The translations under genes and the position numbers were made by a program. Of a stretch of 64,000 nucleotides of DNA, positions 54,335 through 64,000 are shown piece by piece. The notes below the pieces were generated by a model, which worked only from the letters and a program-made list of their open reading frames with translations, searched no databases and had not been told where the DNA came from. The stretch lies in the sequence record OR880646.1; one strand, 5' to 3'. This stretch comes from Escherichia phage ECP2301. Position 1 is the first letter of the stretch. Each line of letters opens with the position of its first letter.

Positions 54335-55450
54335 ATGGAAAAATTTATGGCAGAGTTTGGACAAGGATATGTCCAAACGCCATTTTTATCGGAAAGTAAT
54401 TCAGTAAGATATAAAATAAGTATAGCGGGTTCTTGCCCGCTTTCTACGGCAGGACCATACGTTAAATTTCAAGATAATCCTGTTGGAAGTCAAACATTTA
54501 GCGCAGGTCTTCATCTAAGAGTTTTTGACCCTTCCACCGGAGCATTAGTTGATAGTAAGTCATATGCTTTTTCTACTTCAAATGATACTACATCGGCTGC
54601 TTTTGTTAGTTTCATGAATTCTTTGACGAATAACAGACTTGTTGCTATATTAACTAGCGGAAAGGTTAATTTTCCTCCTGAAGTAGTATCTTGGCTAAGA
54701 GCTGCAGGAACGTCTGCTTTTCCATCTGATTCTTTATTGTCAAGATTTGACGTATCATATGCTGCTTTTTACACTTCTTCTAAAAGAGCTATTGCACTGG
54801 AGCATGTTAAACTAAGTAATAGAAAAAGCACAGATGATTATCAAACTATTTTAGATGTTGTATTTGACAGTTTAGAAGACGTTGGAGCTACCGGGTTTCC
54901 AAGAAGAACGTATGAAAGCGTTGAGCAATTTATGTCGGCAGTTGGTGGAACTAATAACGAAATTGCACGTCTACCAACTTCAGCTGCTATAAGTAAATTA
55001 TCTGACTATAATTTAATCCCTGGTGATGTTCTTTATCTTAAAGCACAGTTATATGCCGATGCCGATTTACTTGCGCTTGGAACTACAAATATATCTATCC
55101 GTTTTTATAATGCATCGAATGGATATATTTCCTCGACACAAGCTGAGTTTACCGGGCAAGCTGGGTCTTGGGAATTAAAGGAAGATTATGTGGTTGTTCC
55201 AGAAAACGCTGTCGGATTTACGATATATGCACAAAGAACAGCACAAGCTGGTCAAGGTGGCATGAGAAATTTAAGCTTTTCTGAAGTGTCAAGAAATGGA
55301 GGTATTTCGAAACCTGCTGAATTTGGCGTCAACGGCATTCGTGTTAATTATATCTGTGAATCTGCTTCACCTCCGGATATAATGGTACTTCCTACACAAG
55401 CATCGTCTAAAACTGGTAAAGTGTTTGGGCAAGAATTTAGAGAAGTATAA
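54335..55450 (+). CDS. 35: long tail fibre hinge connector
   Basis: 371 aa. Confidence 0.9.
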   Translation: MEKFMAEFGQGYVQTPFLSESNSVRYKISIAGSCPLSTAGPYVKFQDNPVGSQTFSAGLHLRVFDPSTGALVDSKSYAFSTSNDTTSAAFVSFMNSLTNNRLVAILTSGKVNFPPEVVSWLRAAGTSAFPSDSLLSRFDVSYAAFYTSSKRAIALEHVKLSNRKSTDDYQTILDVVFDSLEDVGATGFPRRTYESVEQFMSAVGGTNNEIARLPTSAAISKLSDYNLIPGDVLYLKAQLYADADLLALGTTNISIRFYNASNGYISSTQAEFTGQAGSWELKEDYVVVPENAVGFTIYAQRTAQAGQGGMRNLSFSEVSRNGGISKPAEFGVNGIRVNYICESASPPDIMVLPTQASSKTGKVFGQEFREV

Positions 55451-55455
55451 ATTGA

Positions 55456-55480
55456 GGGAGCCTTCGGGTTCCCTTTTTCT
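55456..55480 (+). terminator. terminator after gene 35
   Basis: 7 bp stem with UUCG tetraloop then TTTTTC. Confidence 0.7.
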
Positions 55481-55481
55481 T

Positions 55482-55489
55482 TATAAATA
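55482..55489 (+). promoter_or_regulatory. late promoter TATAAATA for gene 36
   Basis: exact TATAAATA between terminator and gene 36. Confidence 0.75.
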
Positions 55490-55512
55490 CTATTAAAATA
55501 AAGGGGCATACA

Positions 55513-56172
55513 ATGGCTGATTTAAAAGTAGGTTCAACAACTGGAGGCTCTGTCATTTGGCATCAAGGAAATTTTCCATTGAATCCAGCCGGTGACGATG
55601 TACTCTATAAATCATTTAAAATATATTCAGAATATAATAAACCACAAGCTGTTGATAACGATTTCGTTTCTAAAGCTAATGGTGGTACATATTTAAATAA
55701 AGTAATTTTTAATAAAGGAATGACTGTTCCTGGCGCAGGATCAGGTGACAATGGTATTTTTGCTGGTCCTGGCGATAATGCCACGTATGATACTACAAAT
55801 ATGGATATTGTTTCGTGGTATGGTATTGGTTTTAAATCATCGCAAGGTTCAGCAGCCAGAACTGTGGTAATTAATACACGTAATGGTGATATTAGTACAA
55901 AAGGTGTTGTGTCGGCAGCAGGTCAAGTAAGAAGTGATGCAGCTGCTCCTATAGCAGCGAATGACCTTACTAGAAAGGACTATGTTGATGGAGCAATAAA
56001 TACTGTTACGGCAAATGCGGATTCTAGAGTTTTCCGTAAAGGCGACACTATGACTGGAAACTTAACCGCACCAAATTTTTTCTCGCAGAATCCTGCGTCT
56101 CAACCTTCACATGTTCCACGATTTGACCAAATCGTAATTAAGGATTCTGTTCAAGATTTCGGCTATTATTAA
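55513..56172 (+). CDS. 36: long tail fibre distal connector
   Basis: 219 aa; terminator and late promoter upstream. Confidence 0.9.
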   Translation: MADLKVGSTTGGSVIWHQGNFPLNPAGDDVLYKSFKIYSEYNKPQAVDNDFVSKANGGTYLNKVIFNKGMTVPGAGSGDNGIFAGPGDNATYDTTNMDIVSWYGIGFKSSQGSAARTVVINTRNGDISTKGVVSAAGQVRSDAAAPIAANDLTRKDYVDGAINTVTANADSRVFRKGDTMTGNLTAPNFFSQNPASQPSHVPRFDQIVIKDSVQDFGYY

Positions 56173-56180
56173 GAGGACTT

Positions 56181-59100
56181 ATGGCTACTTTAAAACAAAT
56201 ACAATTTAAAAGAAGCAAAACCGCAGGTGCACGTCCTGCTGCTTCAGTATTAGCCGAAGGTGAATTGGCTATAAACTTAAAAGATAGAACAATTTTTACT
56301 AAAGATGATTCAGGAAATATCATTGATTTAAGCATTTCCGCTGGCGGTAATATCAGTGGAAATATCACACAAACTGGAGATTATTTACAGAACGGTACAT
56401 ATAATCTCAATGGAAATCAGTTTGTTTATGCAGGAAAATATATTGAATTTTTACCTAAAACAGCTGGTAATGGTGCATGGGCAAATCAACACCTAAATAA
56501 AGCTCCTATCTTTACAGATTTGAGCTCAACTACTTCCGTTTCAGAATATCATCCGCTGATTAAACAACGCTATAAAGATGGAACTTTTTCTGTTGGTACG
56601 TTAGTAAACGAAGGAAGTTTTAAAATTCATTATATCAATGAATCGGGAACTTCAAAATACTGGACATTTCGTAGAGATGGTGGATTTGTTGTTGATACAG
56701 GAAGTTTGACAGTAACAGATGGAAATATTTCTGCTTCTGGTAATATTAATTCGGCTACTGGGGTAGTTTCTGCTCCGCAAATCAATACAAAGACTATAGT
56801 ATTTGACACAAAAGCATTTGGACAATACGATTCACAATCATTAGTTCAATATGTTTATCCTGGAACAGGTGAAACAAACGGAATCAATTACCTTCGCAAA
56901 TTCCGTGCTAAATCTGGCGGTACAATTTATCATGAATTGGCTTCTGCACAAACCGGAAAAAGTGATGAACTTTCTTGGTGGACTGGTAATACAGCGGTTA
57001 ATAAACAAATGGGCCTTCGCAATGATGGTTCTTTAGTATTACGACGTTCACTTGCAATTGGTACAATTACAACAGATGAAAACATCAATAACTACGGTTC
57101 TACTGGAGCAATGGGTGAATGTTATATAGTTATTGGTGATGCATCAACAGGTTTATCATACAAAAAAACTGGGGTATATGACTTAGTTGCTAGTGGTCTT
57201 TCTGTAGCATCTATTACTCCTGATAGTTTCCGTAGTACGCGCAAAGCGATTTTTGGACGATCAGAAGACCAAGGTGGTACGTGGCTTCTTCCTGGCCAGA
57301 ACGCAGCTCTTCTTTCAGTTCGTACTGAAGTTGACCAAAATAATAACGGAGATGGTCAGACACATATTGGCTATAATAGTAATGGTAAATTTTATCATTA
57401 TTTTAGAGGCAGAGGAAGAATGGCCATTGGAATGGCCGAAGGACTTATTGTTGAACCAGGAATTTTAGATATTAAAACTAGTTCAAATACATTAAGTCTG
57501 CGTGCTGATGGTACCGTCGCTTCTGTTCAAACATTAAAGCTTAATAACGGATTATATTTTAATAGTGATGGAACTAATGCTTCTCTAATTTTTAAAGCAG
57601 CTTCAGGTATTGATGGTACTAAACAAATACTTTGGGAAGGTGGTACTCGTGCTGGACAGAATAAGAGTTATGTAACTGCTAAAGCTTGGGGAAATTCATT
57701 TAATTCATCTGGCGATCGTAATCGTGAGACGGTTTTTGAAGTATCAGATGGACAAGGATATTATTTTTATGCTCAACGTGTAGCTCCTGCACCAGGTTCA
57801 ACAACTGGCGCAGTTCAATTTAGAGTTGCTGGAGCATTATTAACTTCTGGCGGTATTACATCATCTGGTTCTATTGTTACTGAATCTAGTTTAGTTGCTA
57901 ATAATGGATTATCTGTAAACGGACAAGCTAAATTTGGCGGAACTGCTGATGCATTAAGAATTTGGAATGCTGAATATGGTGCCATTTTCCGTCGCTCAGA
58001 AGCAGCATTACATATTATCCCGACTCCTAAAGATGCTGGTGAAAGTGGTGGAATAAGTAATCTCCGCCCGCTAAGTATTAGTCTTAATAATGGTATGGTA
58101 CAAATGCGCCATTCTGTTACGTTAGGAGATGATGGCGCTGGCGGTAATATGATTACTGTGGACAATGACAGTAAGCGTGTTGTATTAGCAAGTCATAGTC
58201 GTATTGCTCCTAATTTCAGAATGCAATTAGGACAAAATGCTTATATAGATATTGAGGCTTCTGATGGAGTTCGCCCAGCAGGTTGTGGTTCATTTGCATC
58301 TCAGAATGACGTAAATGTCAGAGCTCCAATTTATATGAATATAGAGCGTACTGCTGCTTCTGAATATATTCCCATTGTTAAACAACGGTATGTAAATGGT
58401 GATAGTACTTATTCTATTGGCACATTAATTTCTCAAGGAGACTTCCGCGTTCATTATCACCAGGGCACGAGTACTACCGGTACTGATTTAAGCTGGGAAT
58501 TCCGTCGCAATGGTGATTTCCGCGCGGCAGGTAAAATTATTGCCGGTGCTGCTACTTTTGGCACTGATGGTAATATTACCGGTGGTTCCGGTAATTTTGC
58601 TAACCTAAATACGACTTTAAACCGTAAAGTTAATTCTGGATTTATTACCTACGGTTCAACCGAAGGATGGTATAAGTTTGCAACAGTAACAATGCCACAG
58701 AGCGCAGCTACAGCAACATTTACATTGACTGGTGGTAGTGGGTTTAATGATGGATTAAATACCCAATGTTCTATAAATGAAATTGTTCTTCGTACCGGTA
58801 ATAACAATCCTCCCGGATTAAATGCTGTATTATATAATCGTTCATTAAACGGATTTCGTAATATAGCTTATATTAATACACATGGGGATACATACGACAT
58901 TTATATAAATGTCGGTCCTTACGCAAACCAAATGACTTGTTCTTGGAATGCGTCGGAGCAAGTTACCGTTGAAGTCGTTGGCATTAATGGAACAACTCAA
59001 TCTCCTGTAGAAGAATTACCTTCTGGTTATGCTACTGGACAAGTTGCTAATGTTCTTAATAACTTAGTTGATCGCGGTAAAGTTAAGCGTTACGAAGCTT

Positions 59101-60062
59101 ATTCTGAAATAGCTATTAATAATCAAACTGGCATTCGTATTAGAAGCAACGGCGATAAAACTGGTTCTGTTGCTACAATGCTACGAAATGATGGCGGTAG
59201 TTTTTATATTCTGTTTACAGATAAAAATGCCACCGATGGCGCAGCAACTGTTAACGGTGATTGGAATAGTAAACGTCCTTTCGCAATTAACTTAACAACC
59301 GGCGAAGTGTTAATGAATAATGGCATAGCTGTTCGCAGCGCTGCTTTATTCTACAACAGCATAAACGTCAAAGATAATGGTTCTATTAACTTTGATAAAT
59401 CGGGTGCGAACCCGAGAAACATGCGTATATTCCATGCTGGTGATGGAACTCGTGGTAACCGTATTGAAATTGCTGATGAAACTAACTATATTGCTTACTT
59501 TGAAAAAACTCCAGGTGGAGCTAACCGCTTTGTAGTAAATAATGCTACTGTAGCTGGTGTTAACCAAATGAATTCATTTGGTATTAATATCAATAACGCA
59601 CTTGGTGGAAATAGTATAGCGTTTGGTGATAATGACACCGGTATTAAGCAAAATGGCGATGGATTATTAGACATATATGCGAATGGCGTACAGACTTTCC
59701 GTTTCCAAAACGGTGATTTGTACTCATACAAAAATATAAATGCTCCAAACGTTTATATTCGTTCTGATATTCGTTTAAAATCCAACTTTAAACCTATCGA
59801 AAATGCACTCGATAAAGTTGAAAAACTTAACGGTGTCATTTACGATAAAGCTGAATACATCGGTGGAGAGGCAATTGAAACTGAAGCGGGTATTGTGGCT
59901 CAAACACTGCAAGACGTTTTACCAGAAGCTGTCCGTGAAACAGAAGACAGTAAGGGTAATAAAATACTCACTGTTTCTTCTCAGGCCCAGATTGCTCTTC
60001 TGGTTGAAGCTGTGAAAACACTTTCTTCTCGTGTAAAAGAACTTGAATCTAAACTTATGTAA
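56181..60062 (+). CDS. 37: long tail fibre distal subunit with C-terminal intramolecular chaperone domain
   Basis: 1293 aa; C-terminal ~99 aa beginning SDIRLK (59763-60059) resembles autoproteolytic chaperone domains. Confidence 0.9.
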   Translation: MATLKQIQFKRSKTAGARPAASVLAEGELAINLKDRTIFTKDDSGNIIDLSISAGGNISGNITQTGDYLQNGTYNLNGNQFVYAGKYIEFLPKTAGNGAWANQHLNKAPIFTDLSSTTSVSEYHPLIKQRYKDGTFSVGTLVNEGSFKIHYINESGTSKYWTFRRDGGFVVDTGSLTVTDGNISASGNINSATGVVSAPQINTKTIVFDTKAFGQYDSQSLVQYVYPGTGETNGINYLRKFRAKSGGTIYHELASAQTGKSDELSWWTGNTAVNKQMGLRNDGSLVLRRSLAIGTITTDENINNYGSTGAMGECYIVIGDASTGLSYKKTGVYDLVASGLSVASITPDSFRSTRKAIFGRSEDQGGTWLLPGQNAALLSVRTEVDQNNNGDGQTHIGYNSNGKFYHYFRGRGRMAIGMAEGLIVEPGILDIKTSSNTLSLRADGTVASVQTLKLNNGLYFNSDGTNASLIFKAASGIDGTKQILWEGGTRAGQNKSYVTAKAWGNSFNSSGDRNRETVFEVSDGQGYYFYAQRVAPAPGSTTGAVQFRVAGALLTSGGITSSGSIVTESSLVANNGLSVNGQAKFGGTADALRIWNAEYGAIFRRSEAALHIIPTPKDAGESGGISNLRPLSISLNNGMVQMRHSVTLGDDGAGGNMITVDNDSKRVVLASHSRIAPNFRMQLGQNAYIDIEASDGVRPAGCGSFASQNDVNVRAPIYMNIERTAASEYIPIVKQRYVNGDSTYSIGTLISQGDFRVHYHQGTSTTGTDLSWEFRRNGDFRAAGKIIAGAATFGTDGNITGGSGNFANLNTTLNRKVNSGFITYGSTEGWYKFATVTMPQSAATATFTLTGGSGFNDGLNTQCSINEIVLRTGNNNPPGLNAVLYNRSLNGFRNIAYINTHGDTYDIYINVGPYANQMTCSWNASEQVTVEVVGINGTTQSPVEELPSGYATGQVANVLNNLVDRGKVKRYEAYSEIAINNQTGIRIRSNGDKTGSVATMLRNDGGSFYILFTDKNATDGAATVNGDWNSKRPFAINLTTGEVLMNNGIAVRSAALFYNSINVKDNGSINFDKSGANPRNMRIFHAGDGTRGNRIEIADETNYIAYFEKTPGGANRFVVNNATVAGVNQMNSFGININNALGGNSIAFGDNDTGIKQNGDGLLDIYANGVQTFRFQNGDLYSYKNINAPNVYIRSDIRLKSNFKPIENALDKVEKLNGVIYDKAEYIGGEAIETEAGIVAQTLQDVLPEAVRETEDSKGNKILTVSSQAQIALLVEAVKTLSSRVKELESKLM

Positions 60063-60064
60063 AA

Positions 60065-60080
60065 GAGGGCTTCGGCCCTC
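60065..60080 (+). terminator. hairpin between genes 37 and 38
   Basis: GAGGGC-TTCG-GCCCTC immediately before gene 38 SD. Confidence 0.5.
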
Positions 60081-60092
60081 TAAGGATTTTTA

Positions 60093-60887
60093 ATGGCAAT
60101 TGTAGGTGTTCCTGGCTGGATTGGTGAATCTGCCGTGAATGAAACTGGACAACGTTGGATGGATGCTGCAATGAAAGCAGTTCGTGTTTCAGTTCCTGGT
60201 TGGATGAGCTCAATGGCCGGACAATCTAAAGAAGTATATTACAGCATTGGTGCTAGCAATTCTTATAATAAAGACACACTAATAAATTATCTCAAATCTC
60301 AAGGTAGTACTCCTGTTGTTGTTACTATTACTGGTAACTTAGTTTCTTCATCTGCCGGGCAACCTTGCTTAGATTTTCCTAGTTCATTAACTAATGCTTA
60401 TGTAACGCTTATTATAAATGGCGGTGTAACAGTATATGGTCGCGGAGGACGCGGCGCGCAAGCGGGAAACCAGGCGGGTGAAGCTGGTGGTACTGCAATT
60501 AACAATGGTATAGGTACTCGTCTACGAATCACTAACAATGGAGCAATCGCTGGCGGCGGCGGTGGTGGTGGCGCCCAATCAACTGATAATGGATGGGGAG
60601 GTAAATATGTTTCTGGCGGTGGCGGCGGACGTCCTTTCGGAGCTGGTGGTAATAATGGAGCAAAAGCTCCGGGTGCATCAGCATCTTTAACATCTCCAGG
60701 CGCTGGCGGAAAAATGTATTCCGGCGTTGGATACTACGGTGGTGACGGTGGTAATGTTGGTGAACGAGGTAAGGATGCGGTTAGATTGAACGGCTATTCG
60801 AACTCACCTGGCGCAGCAGGTAAAGCTGTTACTGGTAATGCTCCAACTTGGACTAAAGTTGGTACAATATATGGTGCAAGAGTATAA
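60093..60887 (+). CDS. 38: tail fibre adhesin with glycine-rich motifs (T2-type gp38)
   Basis: 264 aa; repeated GGGGG / GxGG motifs separated by variable segments. Confidence 0.85.
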   Translation: MAIVGVPGWIGESAVNETGQRWMDAAMKAVRVSVPGWMSSMAGQSKEVYYSIGASNSYNKDTLINYLKSQGSTPVVVTITGNLVSSSAGQPCLDFPSSLTNAYVTLIINGGVTVYGRGGRGAQAGNQAGEAGGTAINNGIGTRLRITNNGAIAGGGGGGGAQSTDNGWGGKYVSGGGGGRPFGAGGNNGAKAPGASASLTSPGAGGKMYSGVGYYGGDGGNVGERGKDAVRLNGYSNSPGAAGKAVTGNAPTWTKVGTIYGARV

Positions 60888-60918
60888 TTTTGAATAAATA
60901 TCCTTAAAAGGAGGGTCT

Positions 60919-61575
60919 ATGGCAGCACCTAGAATATCATTTTCGCCCTCTGATATTCTGTTTGGTGTTCTAGATCGCTTGTTCAAAGATAACGCTACCG
61001 GGAAAGTTCTTGCTTCCCGGGTAGCTGTCGTAATTCTTTTGTTTATAATGGCGATTGTTTGGTATAGGGGAGATAGTTTCTTTGAGTACTATAAGCAATC
61101 AAAGTATGAAACATACAGTGAAATTATTGAAAAGGAAAGAAATGCACGCTTTGAATCTGTCGCCCTGGAACAACTCCAGATAGTTCATATATCATCTGAG
61201 GCAGACTTTAGTGCGGTGTATTCTTTCCGCCCTAAAAACTTAAACTATTTTGTTGATATTATAGCATATGAAGGAAAATTACCTTCAACAATAAGTGAAA
61301 AATCACTTGGAGGATATCCTGTTGATAAAACTATGGATGAATATGCAGTTCATTTAAATGGACGTCATTATTATTCCAACTCAAAATTTGCTTTTTTACC
61401 AACCAAAAAGCCTACTCCCGAAATAAATTACATGTACAGTTGTCCATATTTCAATTTGGATAATATCTATGCTGGAACAATAACCATGTACTGGTATAGA
61501 AATGATCATATAAGTAATGACCGCCTTGAATCAATATGTGCTCAGGCGGCCAGAATATTAGGAAGGGCTAAATAA
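60919..61575 (+). CDS. t: holin T
   Basis: 218 aa, single N-terminal TM segment (VAVVILLFIMAIVW) and large periplasmic domain. Confidence 0.9.
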   Translation: MAAPRISFSPSDILFGVLDRLFKDNATGKVLASRVAVVILLFIMAIVWYRGDSFFEYYKQSKYETYSEIIEKERNARFESVALEQLQIVHISSEADFSAVYSFRPKNLNYFVDIIAYEGKLPSTISEKSLGGYPVDKTMDEYAVHLNGRHYYSNSKFAFLPTKKPTPEINYMYSCPYFNLDNIYAGTITMYWYRNDHISNDRLESICAQAARILGRAK

Positions 61576-61848
61576 TTATTTGTTCGTATACATCTCTAGA
61601 TATCGATATACACCCTCAAAACCCTCGTTGAATTCGTCGATGAGGGTTTTCTTATCTTCTTGAGTTAATTCAGAAACAATTTTACGGAATGAATTCTGAT
61701 TCAACTTTCTACCTTCATGCGTTACTCCAATCTCATTCAGAAATGCAATAAAATTAGCACGATTCTCAACAATATCTTCTCGTGAAAATTTAATCAAAAT
61801 AGACGCAACAGTAATAATTTCACGAACTGTATCAATATTTTTATTCAT
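61576..61848 (-). CDS. asiA: anti-sigma-70 factor AsiA
   Basis: 90 aa; N-terminus MNKNIDTVREIITVASILIKF. Confidence 0.9.
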   Translation of the reverse strand: MNKNIDTVREIITVASILIKFSREDIVENRANFIAFLNEIGVTHEGRKLNQNSFRKIVSELTQEDKKTLIDEFNEGFEGVYRYLEMYTNK

Positions 61849-61860
61849 TAACTATACCAC

Positions 61861-62013
61861 TCAATTAGTTGACTTTACTATAATATCATCAGATGTTTGA
61901 TTTGTAAACTGGTCTGTGTTATTTTCTTCAAAAATTTTTTCTACGAATTCCTTGAACGACTTACGTTCCTGAGCTACATTATGCTCGATTACCTTTTCAA
62001 GATTATGACTCAT
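61861..62013 (-). CDS. candidate 50 aa ORF, not in ORF track
   Basis: ATG overlaps arn stop (ATGA); translates MSHNLEKVIEHNVAQERKSFKEF...; its 3' end contains the asiA early promoter. Confidence 0.35.
   Translation of the reverse strand: MSHNLEKVIEHNVAQERKSFKEFVEKIFEENNTDQFTNQTSDDIIVKSTN
61880..61909 (-). promoter_or_regulatory. early promoter (GTTTAC, 18 nt, TATTAT) for asiA
   Basis: ~30 nt upstream of asiA ATG. Confidence 0.5.
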
Positions 62014-62288
62014 TCGAAATAATCTTCAATTTCATAATCATGGACATAAATCATTATAGTTTTTAATACATCATCAATACTTTTTCCTGGAGCTGGAATT
62101 ACGTAAAAATATCCAGCCTTTGAGGTATCTTTATAAGTTCCAACCAAGAAATCATTATTCTCGAGATGTAGTTCTTCAACTAATTCATTAACAATTGAGT
62201 GGTATAAATTTGGTAGAAACTTATATAGCTTTTCTAGAATATCAATTTTGATTGTGTATTGAACCACAGATTGAGAATCAATAATCAT
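62010..62288 (-). CDS. arn: anti-restriction nuclease Arn (positional and length assignment)
   Basis: 92 aa acidic protein between motA-side small ORFs and asiA. Confidence 0.7.
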   Translation of the reverse strand: MIIDSQSVVQYTIKIDILEKLYKFLPNLYHSIVNELVEELHLENNDFLVGTYKDTSKAGYFYVIPAPGKSIDDVLKTIMIYVHDYEIEDYFE

Positions 62289-62371
62289 AGACCTTCCCCT
62301 TATGTTTCTGTTTGCGATTAGATTCTTTAAACGCTTTCTTCTTATCCTTATGAACAGAAGCTTTATTAAAA

Positions 62372-62590
62372 TTATGTTTTGCGACTAAATTGTTCATAGT
62401 GTTGAATTACCTCTCTCAAACATTTGCATGTGAATGAAAACTTTTTAGCTACACCACATTCAAATATATGTTCTCTTAAATCACGTGTATCAGTATATCC
62501 CATCTCAACGATAAAATGCCGTATTAGATTTTTATCTTTATCATTGAGAGAATTAAAATAATCGGATTTTGAATTAATTTCCCTGGCCAA
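62372..62590 (-). CDS. hypothetical protein
   Basis: 72 aa ORF. Confidence 0.5.
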   Translation of the reverse strand: MAREINSKSDYFNSLNDKDKNLIRHFIVEMGYTDTRDLREHIFECGVAKKFSFTCKCLREVIQHYEQFSRKT

Positions 62591-62870
62591 ATTGAATCAC
62601 CTTCAGTTGACGTTTTAGTTCTTTTATCATTTCTTCGTTCATCGCAATATAAAGATCGCGTAAAGCAGGTTTTAGCATTCCATTTATTGGGGAACTAAAT
62701 GGACATACATAATCTTTTCCTACGAGCTTTTTGGTGAATTCCATATTACAGAATTGAAATGCCGGTTCATTGGCATAAATTCCCCAATTAGTTGACATCA
62801 TTTTATTGGCATATTCCAGTGCCTGGATTTGATTCTTAATTCCATCAATTTGAAACTTTTTAATATTCAT
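62574..62870 (-). CDS. hypothetical protein
   Basis: 98 aa ORF. Confidence 0.5.
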   Translation of the reverse strand: MNIKKFQIDGIKNQIQALEYANKMMSTNWGIYANEPAFQFCNMEFTKKLVGKDYVCPFSSPINGMLKPALRDLYIAMNEEMIKELKRQLKVIQFGQGN

Positions 62871-63331
62871 TAGTAAAGGTCCTCAGAGTAAAGTTCTTTT
62901 TCACTACCACCACGTTCAATACGTACTTGTCCAGCGTAAGTTGCAATAATCATTGCTTCTTCACGGGTCCAATAATTACTATATTGGTCAATAAACCCTT
63001 GGTCATCATCACAAACTTGTTGAGTAACTAATTGAGGTTTAACTACATCTAAAACTTCTGCCATATCTTTAGAATAATGACGAGCACCTGGAATAACAAG
63101 AGTTCGTCCATCTTTTAATTTAAAACGGTTGGCTGCGCAAACAATTCGTCGTTGATATTTTTGATTTTCGTCCCAATATGCAGACTGCCAACAGATTTCA
63201 GGAACTTCTGCAAGAATATCTTCTTCTGTGCATTTATAACCATGTGCTTTAAATTTTTCAACAAGACTTTCTGGAGTTTCACGAGATAAAGGAACATTCA
63301 GCATTTTTAAACGATTAATAAATGGGTTCAT
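62870..63331 (-). CDS. hypothetical protein
   Basis: 153 aa ORF. Confidence 0.5.
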   Translation of the reverse strand: MNPFINRLKMLNVPLSRETPESLVEKFKAHGYKCTEEDILAEVPEICWQSAYWDENQKYQRRIVCAANRFKLKDGRTLVIPGARHYSKDMAEVLDVVKPQLVTQQVCDDDQGFIDQYSNYWTREEAMIIATYAGQVRIERGGSEKELYSEDLY

Positions 63332-63657
63332 TTAAACCATCCTTTAATACGTTGCCACAAAGTTTTCTGTTGAGCTTTGTTAACACCAATTGAGCGAATA
63401 ACTGGTTGAGATTCCTGGAATTCTTTATAATCAGCAAGGTAAATTTCGTAAGCTGCATCTGTAAATGAACTTATCGCCGCCATAAAATTATTGCGAATAC
63501 CTACTGGAGCATCTTTACTTTCACGAATAATCATGTATTTACCAGTCTTAATCTTTACGATAGTTCCAAGATAAGCTCCATGGTACCAGATGTCCCACCC
63601 CTCTTGAGTGGGTTCTGCACAACGACGAAGTTCATTAACAATTTCTAACTTGTTCAT
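63328..63657 (-). CDS. hypothetical protein
   Basis: 109 aa ORF. Confidence 0.5.
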   Translation of the reverse strand: MNKLEIVNELRRCAEPTQEGWDIWYHGAYLGTIVKIKTGKYMIIRESKDAPVGIRNNFMAAISSFTDAAYEIYLADYKEFQESQPVIRSIGVNKAQQKTLWQRIKGWFK

Positions 63658-63667
63658 TATTTATTCC

Positions 63668-64000
63668 TCACAGTTCAGATGCTACGGTGATTACTGCTTC
63701 AATGTTTTCTGCCGAGCGTTTAATGTCAAGATACACATTACCGTTTTTAGCGATTTTACATGACATTCCGATATCAGTAAATTTCTGAATATGGTGTTCC
63801 ATCATTTTGTATCCAAAAATTCGCATATTTCCGTTGTTGTTAATTTCAAAATTGCGAATTCCGTGAGTGCGTTTTTCTAAAATAGCAAGATAGTTACTGC
63901 GGTAAGTTTCAACCTTTTTAAGAACAAATCCATTTTCATCTAAAAGTTTTAACATGAAGTCTTTATCTTCTTCCATATCGGAAGTAATCTCACGAGCTTT
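63668..64000 (-). CDS. motA: middle transcription activator MotA, C-terminal DNA-binding part (5' end outside window)
   Basis: Frame stays open to window edge upstream of the ORF-track Met; C-terminus ...NGNVYLDIKRSAENIEAVITVASEL. Confidence 0.85.
   Translation of the reverse strand, partial: KAREITSDMEEDKDFMLKLLDENGFVLKKVETYRSNYLAILEKRTHGIRNFEINNNGNMRIFGYKMMEHHIQKFTDIGMSCKIAKNGNVYLDIKRSAENIEAVITVASEL

Overview
This 64 kb window reads as one contiguous segment of a T-even (T4-like) myovirus genome, not bacterial chromosome. It is AT-rich and tightly packed, with many ATGA/TAATG start-stop overlaps, TATAAATA late promoters and GTTTAC-type early promoters. Gene order on the + strand: 18 (3' part), 19, 20, 67, 68, 21, 22, 23, 24; then uvsW, uvsW.1; then 51, 27, 28, 29, 48, 54; then 34, 35, 36, 37, 38, t. 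On the - strand: rnlB, two small ORFs, hoc, inh; uvsY.-2, uvsY.-1, uvsY, 25, 26; a long early/middle block (two alt-family genes, DNA ligase 30, 30.1-30.9, rIII, 31, cd, pseT, spanin pair, alc, rnlA, denA, nrdB, nrdA, td, frd, 32, 59, 33, dsbA, rnh); and asiA, arn, small ORFs and the 3' part of motA. Several traits point to a T2-type rather than T4-type phage: td and nrdB are uninterrupted, no homing-endonuclease ORFs were seen, gp37 carries a C-terminal intramolecular-chaperone domain, gp38 is a glycine-rich adhesin, and the gene 32 leader holds the T2/T6-type pseudoknot. No clearly novel multi-gene system was found; the most notable items are a tandem pair of full-length Alt-family ADP-ribosyltransferases, a 356 bp GC-elevated non-coding island between 30.9 and rIII, an exact 54 bp early-promoter/leader cassette present at two loci, a Hoc with an extra Ig-like domain, and two small proteins of the NADAR/DUF4326 superfamily. 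All protein assignments rest on my recollection of T4 proteins, motif reading and gene order; no database search or folding program was run, and coordinates of short motifs may be off by a base or two.
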